Shown here: positions 19,601 to 29,298 of the stretch, one piece after another | Position numbering within the stretch: the first letter of the stretch is position 1 | Layout of the letters: each line of letters opens with the position of its first letter | IMG/VR virus record: IMGVR_UViG_3300038345_000144 | From: a virus | Lineage: Duplodnaviria; Caudoviricetes | Length of the DNA stretch: 64,000 bases | Strand: one strand, 5' to 3' | Made by a program: the position numbers and the translations under genes | Notes under the pieces: model-generated | Told to the model about the DNA's origin: nothing | What the model saw: the letters and a program-made list of their open reading frames with translations, nothing else | Databases searched by the model: none

Positions 19601-22600
19601 CATAAAGATAACAGGGAAAGTGACATTTGTACCATAAGAAGTGTACTGTGATGAATAGTTAATTGTAATGTTAAGACCTGCTGAACTGTTAGACAAGTTC
19701 GCATTATTTACAATAGCCCAGTTGTTAGAGTCATAATCCTTATAAGAGAAGAACATTTCACTTGATGTGTTAGGATATTGAGGTAACTCTGAAGCCAAGT
19801 CTGTGTTATTAGCATAGAAGATGGTCTTCGGAATGATAATCTGAATGTTTCCTTCAGGAATATCGTTACTGTTTTCCATTACATTGAACGCAACGTGCAA
19901 AGACGCTGTGTGTGAGTAACTACCATTTGCAAAATACAAGTGACTTGCATCAATCTTATCAGAATTGTTTGCCCAATATGCAGAACACTCAAAAGAGATA
20001 CCATTCTCATTGATTGTAGCAGTCATAGGCTCAAATACTGGATGATACTTTGTACCGAGTGCGGGTTTTGTTGCAGTTGTGAGTTGGTTGCCCTCGTCAT
20101 CAAACCAGCCTACAAGTCTCTGGTCTGCAACGGAAATACCAGGCAACGGTCCAAAAGTAACGCCTGCAACAACCTGTGTAGGTCTATAAGTTACACCGTC
20201 AATAGTAACGGCTGACTGATATACTCTACCATTTGTTGTGAAGTTGTTAGTGTAGCCTGAAACATCAAAGTAGACATAGCCACGCTCACCCCATTTAGCA
20301 ACAAGCGTTGTGTCTTTCTTAAAGTATGATGCTGAAGCAGTTGAGTATGTTATTGTTGTACCATCTTCCTTTACCTCATACCAATACAAGAATGAATAAT
20401 CATCTTTTGTAGGGATATAAGAACCAAGACCAACAGCACTATTATAAGGAACTGTTATTGCCTCGATTTCGGAACCGCCCTGTGTATCAAATGTGATTGT
20501 AACAGGTTCGTGGTTATCTTCTTCAGGGTTGTATGGGTTATACGGATTATCCTCTGGGTCAAGAGAGTCACCGTTTCGCTCCCAAACAGCGTGAAGAACA
20601 TTGTTTGTAGTGAGGTCAAGAACAGTCTCGTTGACAATTACCTGATTACCGTCCTTATCTACCCACTTAACAAGGTCATAACCCTGTCTTGTAATTGAAG
20701 GCAAGTAAGTTACCAGATAATTTTTAACATCAGGGCTGTAACCTGAACCAGGATATACACAAGAATATGTTGAAGTCTGACCGTTGATTTCACAATCATA
20801 CTCAAAAACAACTTTAGGTTCGAGCATAAGGTAAATATCAGCAGTATCACCATAAGTTACACGGTAATCATAAGCATAAACATAGTCATAATGATACTTT
20901 CCGTTACCATCATCAACATAAACGCTGTTATAACTATATCTACCAATCTGCTTTGACCAGTCAATACTGTTTGTGTTAGGGTCAATAGGGTCATCAACGG
21001 CAAACAATGTAGAATATACATATCCGAACTTGTCTTCAGGCTTGAATTCGTTATTGCTTGTAAGACCGTCAACATAGTTATTTGACCACTTGAAAGTAGA
21101 ACCGCTTAAATAAATGCTGAAATATGTTGAGAAGTTGTTGTGTGTCCAGTTATCATTACTATTTCCTCTGTTATAAGGAACTGCAAGAACTAACTCTCCG
21201 TCCTTGTACCACTGTCCATAGAACTTAACTTCAATATCTTCAGGGTTCTCATATTGAGAAGTTACATAATCAGCATAATGCACTCTCAAATAGACAGGAG
21301 GCATTATATAAGCATAAATGTCGCAACTTTCGTTGAATTTAGTGTTGTACTGATGTACTAATCCCCACGGATTGTCGTCCTCACCATTATAGGAATAACT
21401 AATTCCACTATCTTCATTGTAGAAGGTATAACCATTTTGAGAGAAGATTTCCTTACCGCTTTCAAAGTCACAATCACTACGCTTACTCCAGAACATAACG
21501 GTATCATCACCGAGTCTCTGGTTATAAGCAATACCAAAATCAATAAACTTTGCACCTGTTGTAGTTTCAATAATTACAGGGTCATACATCTGTGTACCGT
21601 CATAGGCATTGACATAATGAAGCGTAACTGTGATATTTTCAATTTTTCTCCACTGTGCGTAAAGAGTGATTGTTTCACCAGTCTGTGCTAATCCCTGAAC
21701 ACCGTCAGAAACCGCATAAGAAGTACCAGTGCCGTCAGCAGAGGTATTGTAACCTGTGAGTATGTATTCAGCATCAGAACTGAAAGCATTTGACAAAAAA
21801 TATAACTCGTCAATAGCCAATGTCTTTGTAATAGGCTCAAGTCCTTCTCTATTACCATCAATAATCAATGTGTAAGTGTCGGAAACATCCCAGTGAGCAT
21901 ACAAAGAAGTAGCAGTCATTTCAGGGTCATATTCCTCATATTTGTTGTCGCTTGAGTCATACCAACCTGTGAATGTATAGCCGTTTCTTGTAGCCGTAGG
22001 GAATGAGAAATCAGTTGTTTCAGTAGTAATATTGAGGGCATTGAAGGAAATTTCGCCACCATTACCATAGAAGTTAATTGTCTTCTGAACCTTTACCCAA
22101 GTACCAGCATATTTAGGTAAGAAACCGTTACCTAAAAGTGTGTTAAGAGGCATTGTTGTATTGTCAGAAAGTCTTACCCAGTCCATAGTATAAGATGAAC
22201 CATCAGTTGTAGTCCAAGCCTTATATCCCATACTGGTTGATAAACGGTTAGACCAACCTCTACCAACGATAACCTTATTAAGACTATTACAGCCACCCAA
22301 GAAGTAGCCCCAATATGCACCTGTATAAACCGTCCAACCAGAAAGGTCAACTGTTGTAAGGTTAGTACAGCCATTAAATACATTAGCACCGCCCCAAGAA
22401 GTATCTGTAAGACCTGTCAAATCCCAATTAAATTTAGGGAAAGTAGTCAAACTGGTACAATTTTGGAACATACCATATATAGTAGTTACCTTGTGCATAT
22501 CCATCGGTAAGTCTACTGTGGTTAATGCTCCGTCATTTAAGAACATTTCCTTTGCTGTGGTAAGATTACCAGTATTAGAAGGCATCTTAACTGACTCAAG

Positions 22601-23632
22601 ACCAGGCATATAACCAAACATACCCTCCATAGTAGTAGCACTACTAAAGTCACAGTCACTAAAATCAACCGACTTTAATTTAGGGCAGTTATTACCATAT
22701 TTATTACCAAATAACCAAGAAAAATCGGAAACTTGGCTGACATCAAACTTGTAGAAATCTACAATATTTTCCAAGTTCTTAAAGTCAGAGAAAATACCGT
22801 TATAACCCCAGAAACTATCGCCGTGACGGAGTGTAGTTGCACCAGTAATATAATCTTTGAAGATAATAGTTTTAACTAAATCAGTGTTCTGATAGTATGT
22901 ATCGCCAACTAAACGACCATTATCTCTCAAAAGTTTAATGCTGTTGTTTCCGTTAGATAATGCACCATAAGTCTCTGTGTCAGGAGTATTACCCTTCTGA
23001 ATTACAAGAGTACCGTCGGCATACAAAACAGAATATGCGTCTGTACCCAAAATTGCGGGTTCAGTACCTCTTGTAGCACCTCTTGAAGGCTCTTCTTCAG
23101 GTTCTTCTCCATCAGGATTTTCTCCATCGGGATTTTCAGCGTCAGGTGTTTGTTCATCAGGGGAACCAGCATCGGCAGGAGTTTCGCCGTCTGTTCCATC
23201 TGAATTACCACTTGTATCACCGTCAGTAGTACCATCGGTTGTTCCGTCGGTATTACCGTCCTGTCCTGCGGGAGCACCTAAAGGTCCTTGCTGACCTTCC
23301 TCACCATTATTATCAGGTGCGGGAGTGCTGTCTCCATCATCAGCAGGGTTTTCGGGTGTTTCCCCGTCTACGCTGTTTGCTCCGTTTGTGGTAGGGTTCT
23401 CTGTACCATCGTCCTGAATTGTCGCAGGGTCAGGTTTATCACCATCCGTATCGGAGTTCTCACTACCGTTGTCAGAAGAAGGAGCCTTGTCGGGAGTCTC
23501 TGTATCAACTACTGTTGTTGCAGTTGTAGGGTCTCCTGACTCTAACTCATCTGCCATTACTGTAATACTTCCGCTAAAAATATTGATAACGAAAATAGGA
23601 AGTAAAGCAAGAGTTAATAATCTTTTCTTCAT
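16613..23632 (-). CDS. large sortase-anchored surface adhesin (BspA/DUF285-like LRR, InlB B-repeats, DUF11-like domain)
   Basis: signal peptide; acidic linker; VTTIYGMFQNCTSL-type LRRs; TRNGYTFTGWY-type repeats; VIVTDNLP; C-terminal VPSPTG + TM + KKKR. Confidence 0.85.
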   Translation of the reverse strand: MKKRLLTLALLPIFVINIFSGSITVMADELESGDPTTATTVVDTETPDKAPSSDNGSENSDTDGDKPDPATIQDDGTENPTTNGANSVDGETPENPADDGDSTPAPDNNGEEGQQGPLGAPAGQDGNTDGTTDGTTDGDTSGNSDGTDGETPADAGSPDEQTPDAENPDGENPDGEEPEEEPSRGATRGTEPAILGTDAYSVLYADGTLVIQKGNTPDTETYGALSNGNNSIKLLRDNGRLVGDTYYQNTDLVKTIIFKDYITGATTLRHGDSFWGYNGIFSDFKNLENIVDFYKFDVSQVSDFSWLFGNKYGNNCPKLKSVDFSDCDFSSATTMEGMFGYMPGLESVKMPSNTGNLTTAKEMFLNDGALTTVDLPMDMHKVTTIYGMFQNCTSLTTFPKFNWDLTGLTDTSWGGANVFNGCTNLTTVDLSGWTVYTGAYWGYFLGGCNSLNKVIVGRGWSNRLSTSMGYKAWTTTDGSSYTMDWVRLSDNTTMPLNTLLGNGFLPKYAGTWVKVQKTINFYGNGGEISFNALNITTETTDFSFPTATRNGYTFTGWYDSSDNKYEEYDPEMTATSLYAHWDVSDTYTLIIDGNREGLEPITKTLAIDELYFLSNAFSSDAEYILTGYNTSADGTGTSYAVSDGVQGLAQTGETITLYAQWRKIENITVTLHYVNAYDGTQMYDPVIIETTTGAKFIDFGIAYNQRLGDDTVMFWSKRSDCDFESGKEIFSQNGYTFYNEDSGISYSYNGEDDNPWGLVHQYNTKFNESCDIYAYIMPPVYLRVHYADYVTSQYENPEDIEVKFYGQWYKDGELVLAVPYNRGNSNDNWTHNNFSTYFSIYLSGSTFKWSNNYVDGLTSNNEFKPEDKFGYVYSTLFAVDDPIDPNTNSIDWSKQIGRYSYNSVYVDDGNGKYHYDYVYAYDYRVTYGDTADIYLMLEPKVVFEYDCEINGQTSTYSCVYPGSGYSPDVKNYLVTYLPSITRQGYDLVKWVDKDGNQVIVNETVLDLTTNNVLHAVWERNGDSLDPEDNPYNPYNPEEDNHEPVTITFDTQGGSEIEAITVPYNSAVGLGSYIPTKDDYSFLYWYEVKEDGTTITYSTASASYFKKDTTLVAKWGERGYVYFDVSGYTNNFTTNGRVYQSAVTIDGVTYRPTQVVAGVTFGPLPGISVADQRLVGWFDDEGNQLTTATKPALGTKYHPVFEPMTATINENGISFECSAYWANNSDKIDASHLYFANGSYSHTASLHVAFNVMENSNDIPEGNIQIIIPKTIFYANNTDLASELPQYPNTSSEMFFSYKDYDSNNWAIVNNANLSNSSAGLNITINYSSQYTSYGTNVTFPVIFMIDTDNDGEFDTQKSYEMNVRVAPRSGNSYSSTRGTGTSYTVWQNSWGSRPEDSDDYFYVLWTYSTSFYCPSSDYSSMALYVVDDCEGEVVGYGQQGTYKNCDSVNSKSGYGAMYVLCRYPTSLLGDSGRTIVHNTAKVIFDGEEHIIEAEAVDYRFALYQRDEANFTIGRVGYEPTKHSQNAILNGSGVSGLEWAVKYQNTSPWTSFTDTDGNTTFRWVNQNVNLWMDIGDVYLSSGAGDDYNMWNPACGNIILGENDYEFSKLTFTIEIYDADVSTNEDVAWTLKQKDTYVSDIPYSIYVKRAGDTDWILFTENEYWGNRAQTVNLPEGTIAWKFVTDSSEHFYIRVLLDPFVTLKSSARVKTQVQSDFDINASTVIKLGCHLDLNFDEASMESQHYVLNHTHTDPNAFEDLYELVKLPSSALSIDSSIKNNERTEDPTNRVSSIWAFAGVRNYHADRNTPTTPIGSGIFYVLLPEASPNPSAVYLIGNNNNDSSKDGYGISTEFYDYEFVNNWQNSGRTMLIVTMHDIKYSQVYVEFLTQRTYQDALILGTEGNISMFFVNTSNMDEVYDNIYTYYGNMRMDRQYYADLYEQYRDDYYVSTAATTLYYYAPQAEAYGLFGSVARGNNQYSSTVNIVPGENYSYKIFYGQSQDTISTNMVIKDKLDGAGTLQSVYVPTIGGYKPDGTATTSKGEVWYSLDPEPDFDNIDTEHGWTKTIPTGLKVYGIVVDYSKDVNGEQFILGNGSSARAFNIVIYEKADAIFEETQVNNTATLYRDEKKNGTFVEQSPSVNTTYATIHLPELLVTLTSNPESGTETAPHEVFKDDMLLYSLKVENRENTDLTDVIVTDNLPASVTIDEANILINDKPLSSYDNITVTVDGNKLTVKFGMLGSSTSGRSSYTIGIPCTVNTAIPNTLIVNKGQVISFNGIDLPEEYYYNSNETYHITGSVVPSPTGFKDTSTTTFVIIICIMMAGMMKVFIFKKKREDGAEETA

Positions 23633-23633
23633 T

Positions 23634-24287
23634 CTAAATTTCCTCCAATTTTGTTATAAGTATAAGCCTATCTGTTCCTTCGCCTATGCAAGTGGATAAT
23701 ATCAAGTATCTTCCATCTGCAAGGTCATATTTCGCTTTTAAGAATTCTAAATTATGTTTTACATAAAGGTTATCGTAAGCACTGATTTTATCAGTAAATA
23801 GTGGTGTGATACTGTAAGTTTTGTTTTCTGTTATAAAAGTTCCTGTCTGATGAGTTGATAGATAATTTTCATCCATAAAGTCATCAAGATTTCCAAACAT
23901 TAGCCCGCCTGTCATATGGTGTCCGTAGATAACGATATAATCATCATCTAAAGTGGCATCAGCGTCTATATAGAGCGAGCCTGTTAAACTACTGTTTCCA
24001 TATAAATCTCTATTCAAGTAATTATATGTATCAGTGGCTTGTAGTACAGGGTAATCAATATTGGTGTTATCTATTGTTAGCCACCCTACTACATCAGGGT
24101 TGATTTGTTTTAGTTTTTCCAGAGAGAACTCTTCCTCGGCTACTGGCTTGACCTCTGAATAAGTCTCGGCTTTTGCTCGCTTTTGGATTGTTGCACTGTC
24201 ATACAAGAAAAACAGCATTATGGTTACAACAACCGCACAAAAGAGTTCAATGAGTGTAGTTACTACGAAATTTAACTTCTTCATCAT
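23634..24287 (-). CDS. srtB: class B sortase
   Basis: N-terminal TM; NPDVVGWL, IDYPVLQ, IYGHHM..GLMFGNL, LSTC and catalytic Arg. Confidence 0.9.
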   Translation of the reverse strand: MMKKLNFVVTTLIELFCAVVVTIMLFFLYDSATIQKRAKAETYSEVKPVAEEEFSLEKLKQINPDVVGWLTIDNTNIDYPVLQATDTYNYLNRDLYGNSSLTGSLYIDADATLDDDYIVIYGHHMTGGLMFGNLDDFMDENYLSTHQTGTFITENKTYSITPLFTDKISAYDNLYVKHNLEFLKAKYDLADGRYLILSTCIGEGTDRLILITKLEEI

Positions 24288-24790
24288 AGTCCAAAGCGTC
24301 TCACATCAAGTATTACTACACCAACTATCTGACTTTTATCAATAACTCCGAAATCTCGGCTGTCCGTATGAAACTCTCGGTTATCACACAAAACATAGTA
24401 TTGATTTTCTCCTAAAGTAACCTTGTAGTCGCTATTGGAGTTGTCAGAAGTATAAATATTATCTTCATACACCAAATAGTTATTCTGGAAAACACTACCA
24501 CTCTGACTTACATAAATCTCGTTATTTGGGGTTCCTACGAGTCGTCCGATGTATAATTCACCGTTGTATTTATAAACAACCACATCTCGTAAGGTAAAAT
24601 CCGAGTTAATTCTCGAATAAACTACGGTGTCGTGAAACTTAATGTTTGGCGACATACTATCGGAGTCCTGCGTAGTTACACCAATAACGAAAGTAAAGGT
24701 TATAATCAGCATTAGTAGAAAAACACCAAGTTTTGCTACTATCTCAACACCAGTTGAGTGCTTTTTTGTAAATTCCTTTATCTTATTCAC
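24284..24790 (-). CDS. S26 signal peptidase-like protein, probable SipA-type pilin chaperone
   Basis: SMSP box B and DNR..TDSRDFG box E; box D reads IGRLVG and lacks the catalytic Lys. Confidence 0.8.
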   Translation of the reverse strand: MNKIKEFTKKHSTGVEIVAKLGVFLLMLIITFTFVIGVTTQDSDSMSPNIKFHDTVVYSRINSDFTLRDVVVYKYNGELYIGRLVGTPNNEIYVSQSGSVFQNNYLVYEDNIYTSDNSNSDYKVTLGENQYYVLCDNREFHTDSRDFGVIDKSQIVGVVILDVRRFGL

Positions 24791-24819
24791 TTAACTTCCC
24801 TACCCATCTTAATTAGTTA

Positions 24820-26124
24820 TTATTGTTCGTCTTTCTTAACCTTAATCTTTCTAATAACGACTAAAGCACCGCCCATAAGACCAGCCAAAGCGATGAAAGG
24901 TAATACTCTCATCAAGAAACCTGTTGTAGATGGAGCGTTTGCCGTATTATAGAACTCTAATAAGAAACCCCTATTAGTAACTTCTTTAGACACATCCGTT
25001 AGAGAGTTCCTTGAAAGATAGTCTGAAACTGGCTTTCTTGTTACACCAAGTTGACCATTAGGCTGTAATACCTCATCTGTGAAAGAGTCATCAGATGTTG
25101 TTAATGTGTAAGTCAACTTTGTATTATTTGTCTCGATTACAGATAAAGATACATAAGGAGCAATACCGTAAATATAGCAACTTTTATCATCTGCCAAGCC
25201 AACAGCATAAGATTTGCTTGCTTCTGCTAACTGTCCCTCAACAGTACCAGCGAAAACGATGCCCTCGTAAGGAACCTCCTCTGCACCAGGAGCCGTATTT
25301 ACACGCTCATCTCTTAAAGTGATGGTGAACGGGAATGGGTGAGTAGTATCTGCCATATTACCGTCAATCTGCTTTGTAATAATAACATTATAAGTTTCAT
25401 AACGGTCAACAGAATTATCATCACCTACGCTGTATGTATAAACATCGTCAGCAGTTCCATCTTCGCCATCTTGACCAGCAGTATGAGTCTCGATAACATC
25501 TCCACCAATGACATAGCCTGGTGTTTTCTTGGTATCTGCAACTACGACAGGCGGGATTTCATCAAGGAGTACATAACCACTGATTTCTAACTTACCACTT
25601 GTGCTATTTCTTACTACATAAACATCAAGTTCTCTTGTAGTGTCAAAATCAGCACTTCTCATAATACCTGCTCTATACAAGTTTTCTGTTGGGGTTACAT
25701 CGGTAATTGTGTAACGATAGATACCAGGATTTTCAAACTTATCCAAATCTACCGTAAGTTCGATATTTTTAACCAACTGCTTGTTCAAAGCCGTACCCTC
25801 TGACTCTACTAATTCAGGAGTAAAAACAAGTTCAACTCCCTCGGTAAGACCACCTTCAGGACCAGCCAAAACTGGAGCCGAGATATTAGCGGAGTCTGTT
25901 ACTGCACCAAGATTTGTTGATGGTGCGATGCTGAATATATAAGTAATTTCGGGTGAATAAGACTTATCATATCCAGTATTTTGAATAATTATTCCTTTCG
26001 GAATACTGATTGTGGTGTCGGAGGTATTCGATATACCATCTTCACCGATTGTTGCCGCAAATGTAGGTACTGCCATTATCCCTACGGTGAGCAACGCAAC
26101 TAAAACCTTTGCGATTTTCTTCAT
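24820..26124 (-). CDS. putative backbone pilin (sortase B substrate)
   Basis: signal peptide; FxxPGIYRYTIT domain; C-terminal PSTTG + TM + basic tail. Confidence 0.75.
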   Translation of the reverse strand: MKKIAKVLVALLTVGIMAVPTFAATIGEDGISNTSDTTISIPKGIIIQNTGYDKSYSPEITYIFSIAPSTNLGAVTDSANISAPVLAGPEGGLTEGVELVFTPELVESEGTALNKQLVKNIELTVDLDKFENPGIYRYTITDVTPTENLYRAGIMRSADFDTTRELDVYVVRNSTSGKLEISGYVLLDEIPPVVVADTKKTPGYVIGGDVIETHTAGQDGEDGTADDVYTYSVGDDNSVDRYETYNVIITKQIDGNMADTTHPFPFTITLRDERVNTAPGAEEVPYEGIVFAGTVEGQLAEASKSYAVGLADDKSCYIYGIAPYVSLSVIETNNTKLTYTLTTSDDSFTDEVLQPNGQLGVTRKPVSDYLSRNSLTDVSKEVTNRGFLLEFYNTANAPSTTGFLMRVLPFIALAGLMGGALVVIRKIKVKKDEQ

Positions 26125-27458
26125 TTGTTCGTGTTTCCTTTCTTCTTTTTAACAACTATTATTGTTGCAGTTAAGCCAGTGATACCAACCAGTGCTATTC
26201 CTGCAAGAATAAACAAGTTAATATTGTCACCTGTTTTAGGTGAAGGCGGGAAGATAATCAAAGGGTTGTCTTTAACTGTGATAGGCACTAAAATACTACT
26301 GCCCTCATAGGAAACGCCCTCTGCATCTGGAGTTATATAGAATTTATCGGGATTGATTTCATATCCAGCAGGAGCCTTTGTTTCTTGAATATAATACTCT
26401 CTGCCGTCAATAGGAACTGTAAACTCTAAATTACCGTTGGCATCGGTAAGTCCAACACAAGGATTGCCGTTAATATCGTCTACAATGTTACCATCAGTAT
26501 CATAAAGGGTAAATTCTGCACCCTTGAGGTAATACTTAATGTTACCAGAAGAAACTTTGGCAATCTTAACATTAAAAGAAGTATAAGCAACAGGACTGCT
26601 CATCATAGTTACTGTATAAATATTATCACCGTCTTGTTTTGCCCAAGAGCCAGTATTTCCGTGTTCAGCAACTTCGTCCTTTACTACTGAATAGCCCTTA
26701 TCTAAAAGTCCTTGTAAAGTAACCTCATACATACCATAAGCGTCAGAACCACTTGTAGCGTTAACAGGGTCCATAAGGAGCATAGGCTCATTGAAACGAG
26801 CAACGCCCTTAACTACTGTTGTATTAGTCTTTTCAACTACTACGGGTTCATCAAAGGTATAAGCCAGAGGCTCAAGAACAACAGGGTCATTATCTACTAC
26901 TGTTTGTCCGAAAGGTTCGTGGCTTTCTGTAAACACAATGTCATCAGCAATTTGTGTTCCATCGTTGTCTACAAACCTAAAAATAATATTACTATTAACA
27001 ATCGCTGGTACATAAACAAATCCAGTATCTTTTACACCACTGGCGGTATAGAAGTGATAACTGGAAAGAACTAATTGACCATTATCATATAACACAGTAA
27101 CATCGAGAAGTCTGTATTCGTTCTGTGATGTATTGGTCAAGCGGTATCTGTAAGTACCTGCGTGGTCAAAAGGTGTAACATCAAAGGACATTGTGATGGG
27201 CTTTGTCTGCTTTTTACCGTCTGACAAAGAAAAGTCGAGAGTTTCAGTCTGTAATACGACACCACCCTCAACACCTTTTTCAATTCCATCAATTCCTTCG
27301 GGTTCTTCTGCTTCGAGAGTATAAGAGAAACTGCGTGAAGTTATGGAAGTTCCCTCGAAACTATTAGTTTGACTAATAGTTATACTGTCGTCTGCATATA
27401 CTACACCTCCGAAAAGCATTACACATACACATAATAAGGCTATCACGGCTTTTCGCAT
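26121..27458 (-). CDS. putative ancillary/base pilin with SpaA/CnaB domain
   Basis: signal peptide; LKGAEFTLY..TDANG..ETKAPAGY E-box; SPKTG + TM + KKKK. Confidence 0.8.
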   Translation of the reverse strand: MRKAVIALLCVCVMLFGGVVYADDSITISQTNSFEGTSITSRSFSYTLEAEEPEGIDGIEKGVEGGVVLQTETLDFSLSDGKKQTKPITMSFDVTPFDHAGTYRYRLTNTSQNEYRLLDVTVLYDNGQLVLSSYHFYTASGVKDTGFVYVPAIVNSNIIFRFVDNDGTQIADDIVFTESHEPFGQTVVDNDPVVLEPLAYTFDEPVVVEKTNTTVVKGVARFNEPMLLMDPVNATSGSDAYGMYEVTLQGLLDKGYSVVKDEVAEHGNTGSWAKQDGDNIYTVTMMSSPVAYTSFNVKIAKVSSGNIKYYLKGAEFTLYDTDGNIVDDINGNPCVGLTDANGNLEFTVPIDGREYYIQETKAPAGYEINPDKFYITPDAEGVSYEGSSILVPITVKDNPLIIFPPSPKTGDNINLFILAGIALVGITGLTATIIVVKKKKGNTNK

Positions 27459-27620
27459 TGAGTATATTCCTCCCTATACAAATTATTATTTCTCTGATAT
27501 TTCTACCAGTAATTAACAAGATAATTATATCATCTTATTTGTTCAAAAAATACAATTTTTAGTCAACTATTTAAGGCAATTTGCCCCAAATATTGCCTAA
27601 ATATCACCTTTTTTTAATAT

Positions 27621-27657
27621 AAAATGCCCCCGTATATAATTACTACACACGGGGACA
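27621..27657 (-). terminator. intrinsic terminator
   Basis: TGTCCCCGTGTGTA...TATACGGGGGCA-TTTT after the vWA gene. Confidence 0.7.
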
Positions 27658-27676
27658 ATTTATGCGTATATTTACT

Positions 27677-28348
27677 TTACTGGAGTTCTTCGTCCATCTT
27701 GGCAGATGCTTCATCAACCATAGCGTCAAACGCCATCGGAGCAAAGGAGTCTGCCTCCATTCTCTTGCCTCGTACTAAAGAAGCCGTACAGGACATAGCC
27801 TTATAAACGGAGTCTGTTCCTGCCTTGCTTGCTGTGTACTTCTTGGCTAATCGAGCATCAATACCCAAATCGCCAGAAACCTTCTCAACATCAATATTTG
27901 CACCAATAAAGGAGAATATCCAACTATACTTTTCTCTCTGGTGCTTAATCATACCCTGAACATCCTGCCAAGAGTATTCCTTACTGGCATTTTCCATACC
28001 ATCAGTAATAATAGTAACCATAACGGTTCCTGCTCGCTCTTCTTCAGGTGTTTTTGCTAAATTCGCACCAACTGAATTGATTGTCTTACCTACTGCATCG
28101 AGCATAGCCGTACAACCTAAAGGTCTATATTCCTTGTCGGTCAGGGGTTTTACATCTTTGAGAGGCACTCTGTCGTGGAGGACAATATATCTGTCATCGA
28201 ATAAAACTGTGGTAACTAATGCGTCACCCTTCTCCTTCTTTTGGTCCTCAATCAGAGTATTGTAGCCTCCGATGGTATCTTCTGTGAGCCGTCCCATTGA
28301 ACCACTCATATCGAGAATAAATACCAGTTCTGTTAAGTCTTTTCTCAT
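27677..28348 (-). CDS. von Willebrand factor A (vWA) domain protein
   Basis: MIDAS DMSGSM, TAMLDA, IITDGMENAS. Confidence 0.9.
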   Translation of the reverse strand: MRKDLTELVFILDMSGSMGRLTEDTIGGYNTLIEDQKKEKGDALVTTVLFDDRYIVLHDRVPLKDVKPLTDKEYRPLGCTAMLDAVGKTINSVGANLAKTPEEERAGTVMVTIITDGMENASKEYSWQDVQGMIKHQREKYSWIFSFIGANIDVEKVSGDLGIDARLAKKYTASKAGTDSVYKAMSCTASLVRGKRMEADSFAPMAFDAMVDEASAKMDEELQ

Positions 28349-28812
28349 TCGTCTTGTGTTCCTTTCTTTTTATTTATTTGTTTTCTTGGGTGTATGGTAT
28401 TCCATACATACTCCAAAAATGCGTCTTTATTTACCATAATCTGGTCATAGACATCTATCTTCATCTCGTCGCCGTATTTCGTTAAGTTAAAGAAGTCAAG
28501 GCTCTTTGATAATTCGTCATTGATGTCCAGTACCAACGGTGTCCATTTATCATTGGCAAACATAGAGGTTATTTCAACTTGGTTATCTTTTCTAATCCAA
28601 ATGGTTTCCCACTCGCATTTGCTCCAGTAATAATACCTCAAGTCTTTTTCAAATTGCTCGCAAAAATCTTTATAATCAGGGTACTTTCTAATGAGTTTTT
28701 TAAGGTCTTCCATAAGACTATAATGATTGAACACATTAAATTCCCTAATGTTCCTACGATTAAAGTCCTCTATATAAACCATCCACTTTAAGTCATTTAG
28801 TTTTTTAGTCAT
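28345..28812 (-). CDS. conserved phage-type hypothetical protein
   Basis: YYYWSKCEWE...KIDVYDQI pattern; GGAGGT RBS. Confidence 0.75.
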   Translation of the reverse strand: MTKKLNDLKWMVYIEDFNRRNIREFNVFNHYSLMEDLKKLIRKYPDYKDFCEQFEKDLRYYYWSKCEWETIWIRKDNQVEITSMFANDKWTPLVLDINDELSKSLDFFNLTKYGDEMKIDVYDQIMVNKDAFLEYVWNTIHPRKQINKKKGTQDE

Positions 28813-28834
28813 AAAAATTACCTCCGAAAAGAAT

Positions 28835-28861
28835 AAAGCGGGCTTGAATACCCGCTTTTTT
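28835..28861. terminator. possibly bidirectional terminator hairpin
   Basis: AAAGCGGG-cttgaata-CCCGCTTTTTT. Confidence 0.65.
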
Positions 28862-28912
28862 GCGTATTGTACTTAATTTTCTCTCGATATAGGTTTTTAT
28901 TACCATAATCCT

Positions 28913-28941
28913 ATTATATACCTTAATTTATATTTTGTGAA
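28913..28941 (-). promoter_or_regulatory. sigma70/SigA-like promoter
   Basis: TTCACA-17 bp-TATAAT on the minus strand with AT-rich upstream sequence. Confidence 0.7.
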
Positions 28942-28967
28942 GTGAGTTGAATGATTTTTTTATTTTT

Positions 28968-29279
28968 TCAGGCTAAAGTATCTAAATAATCCAGCAATTC
29001 ACGGACCGAGCCAATAGAATAAGGCGTTTCAAGGGTTCCCATAGACCTATCGTAAACCCACCATTCTTCACCCTCGCCAGTATCATTCCAGATAGCATTA
29101 GCAAGGTGCTGTACCATATTCATATTTTCTTCGTCAACTTCGTGCTTGATTAACTCCTTCATAGAATAAAAATCCATAAGGTAATCAACGCCAATATCAT
29201 TATCCAGAAGTAACTGTATAGCATCATCAAAGGATAAATCATTCTTCTTAATGTAATCTTTTGCTTCCTGAATAGTCAT
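28968..29279 (-). CDS. hypothetical protein
   Basis: start MTIQEA after GGAGGT. Confidence 0.7.
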   Translation of the reverse strand: MTIQEAKDYIKKNDLSFDDAIQLLLDNDIGVDYLMDFYSMKELIKHEVDEENMNMVQHLANAIWNDTGEGEEWWVYDRSMGTLETPYSIGSVRELLDYLDTLA

Positions 29280-29298
29280 TATTTTGTACCTCCAACCA

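Noticed and set aside
23090-23520. Short repeats in the adhesin N-terminus (ENPDG, TTDG)
   Set aside because: Ordinary low-complexity acidic linker of a surface protein, not a separate element.
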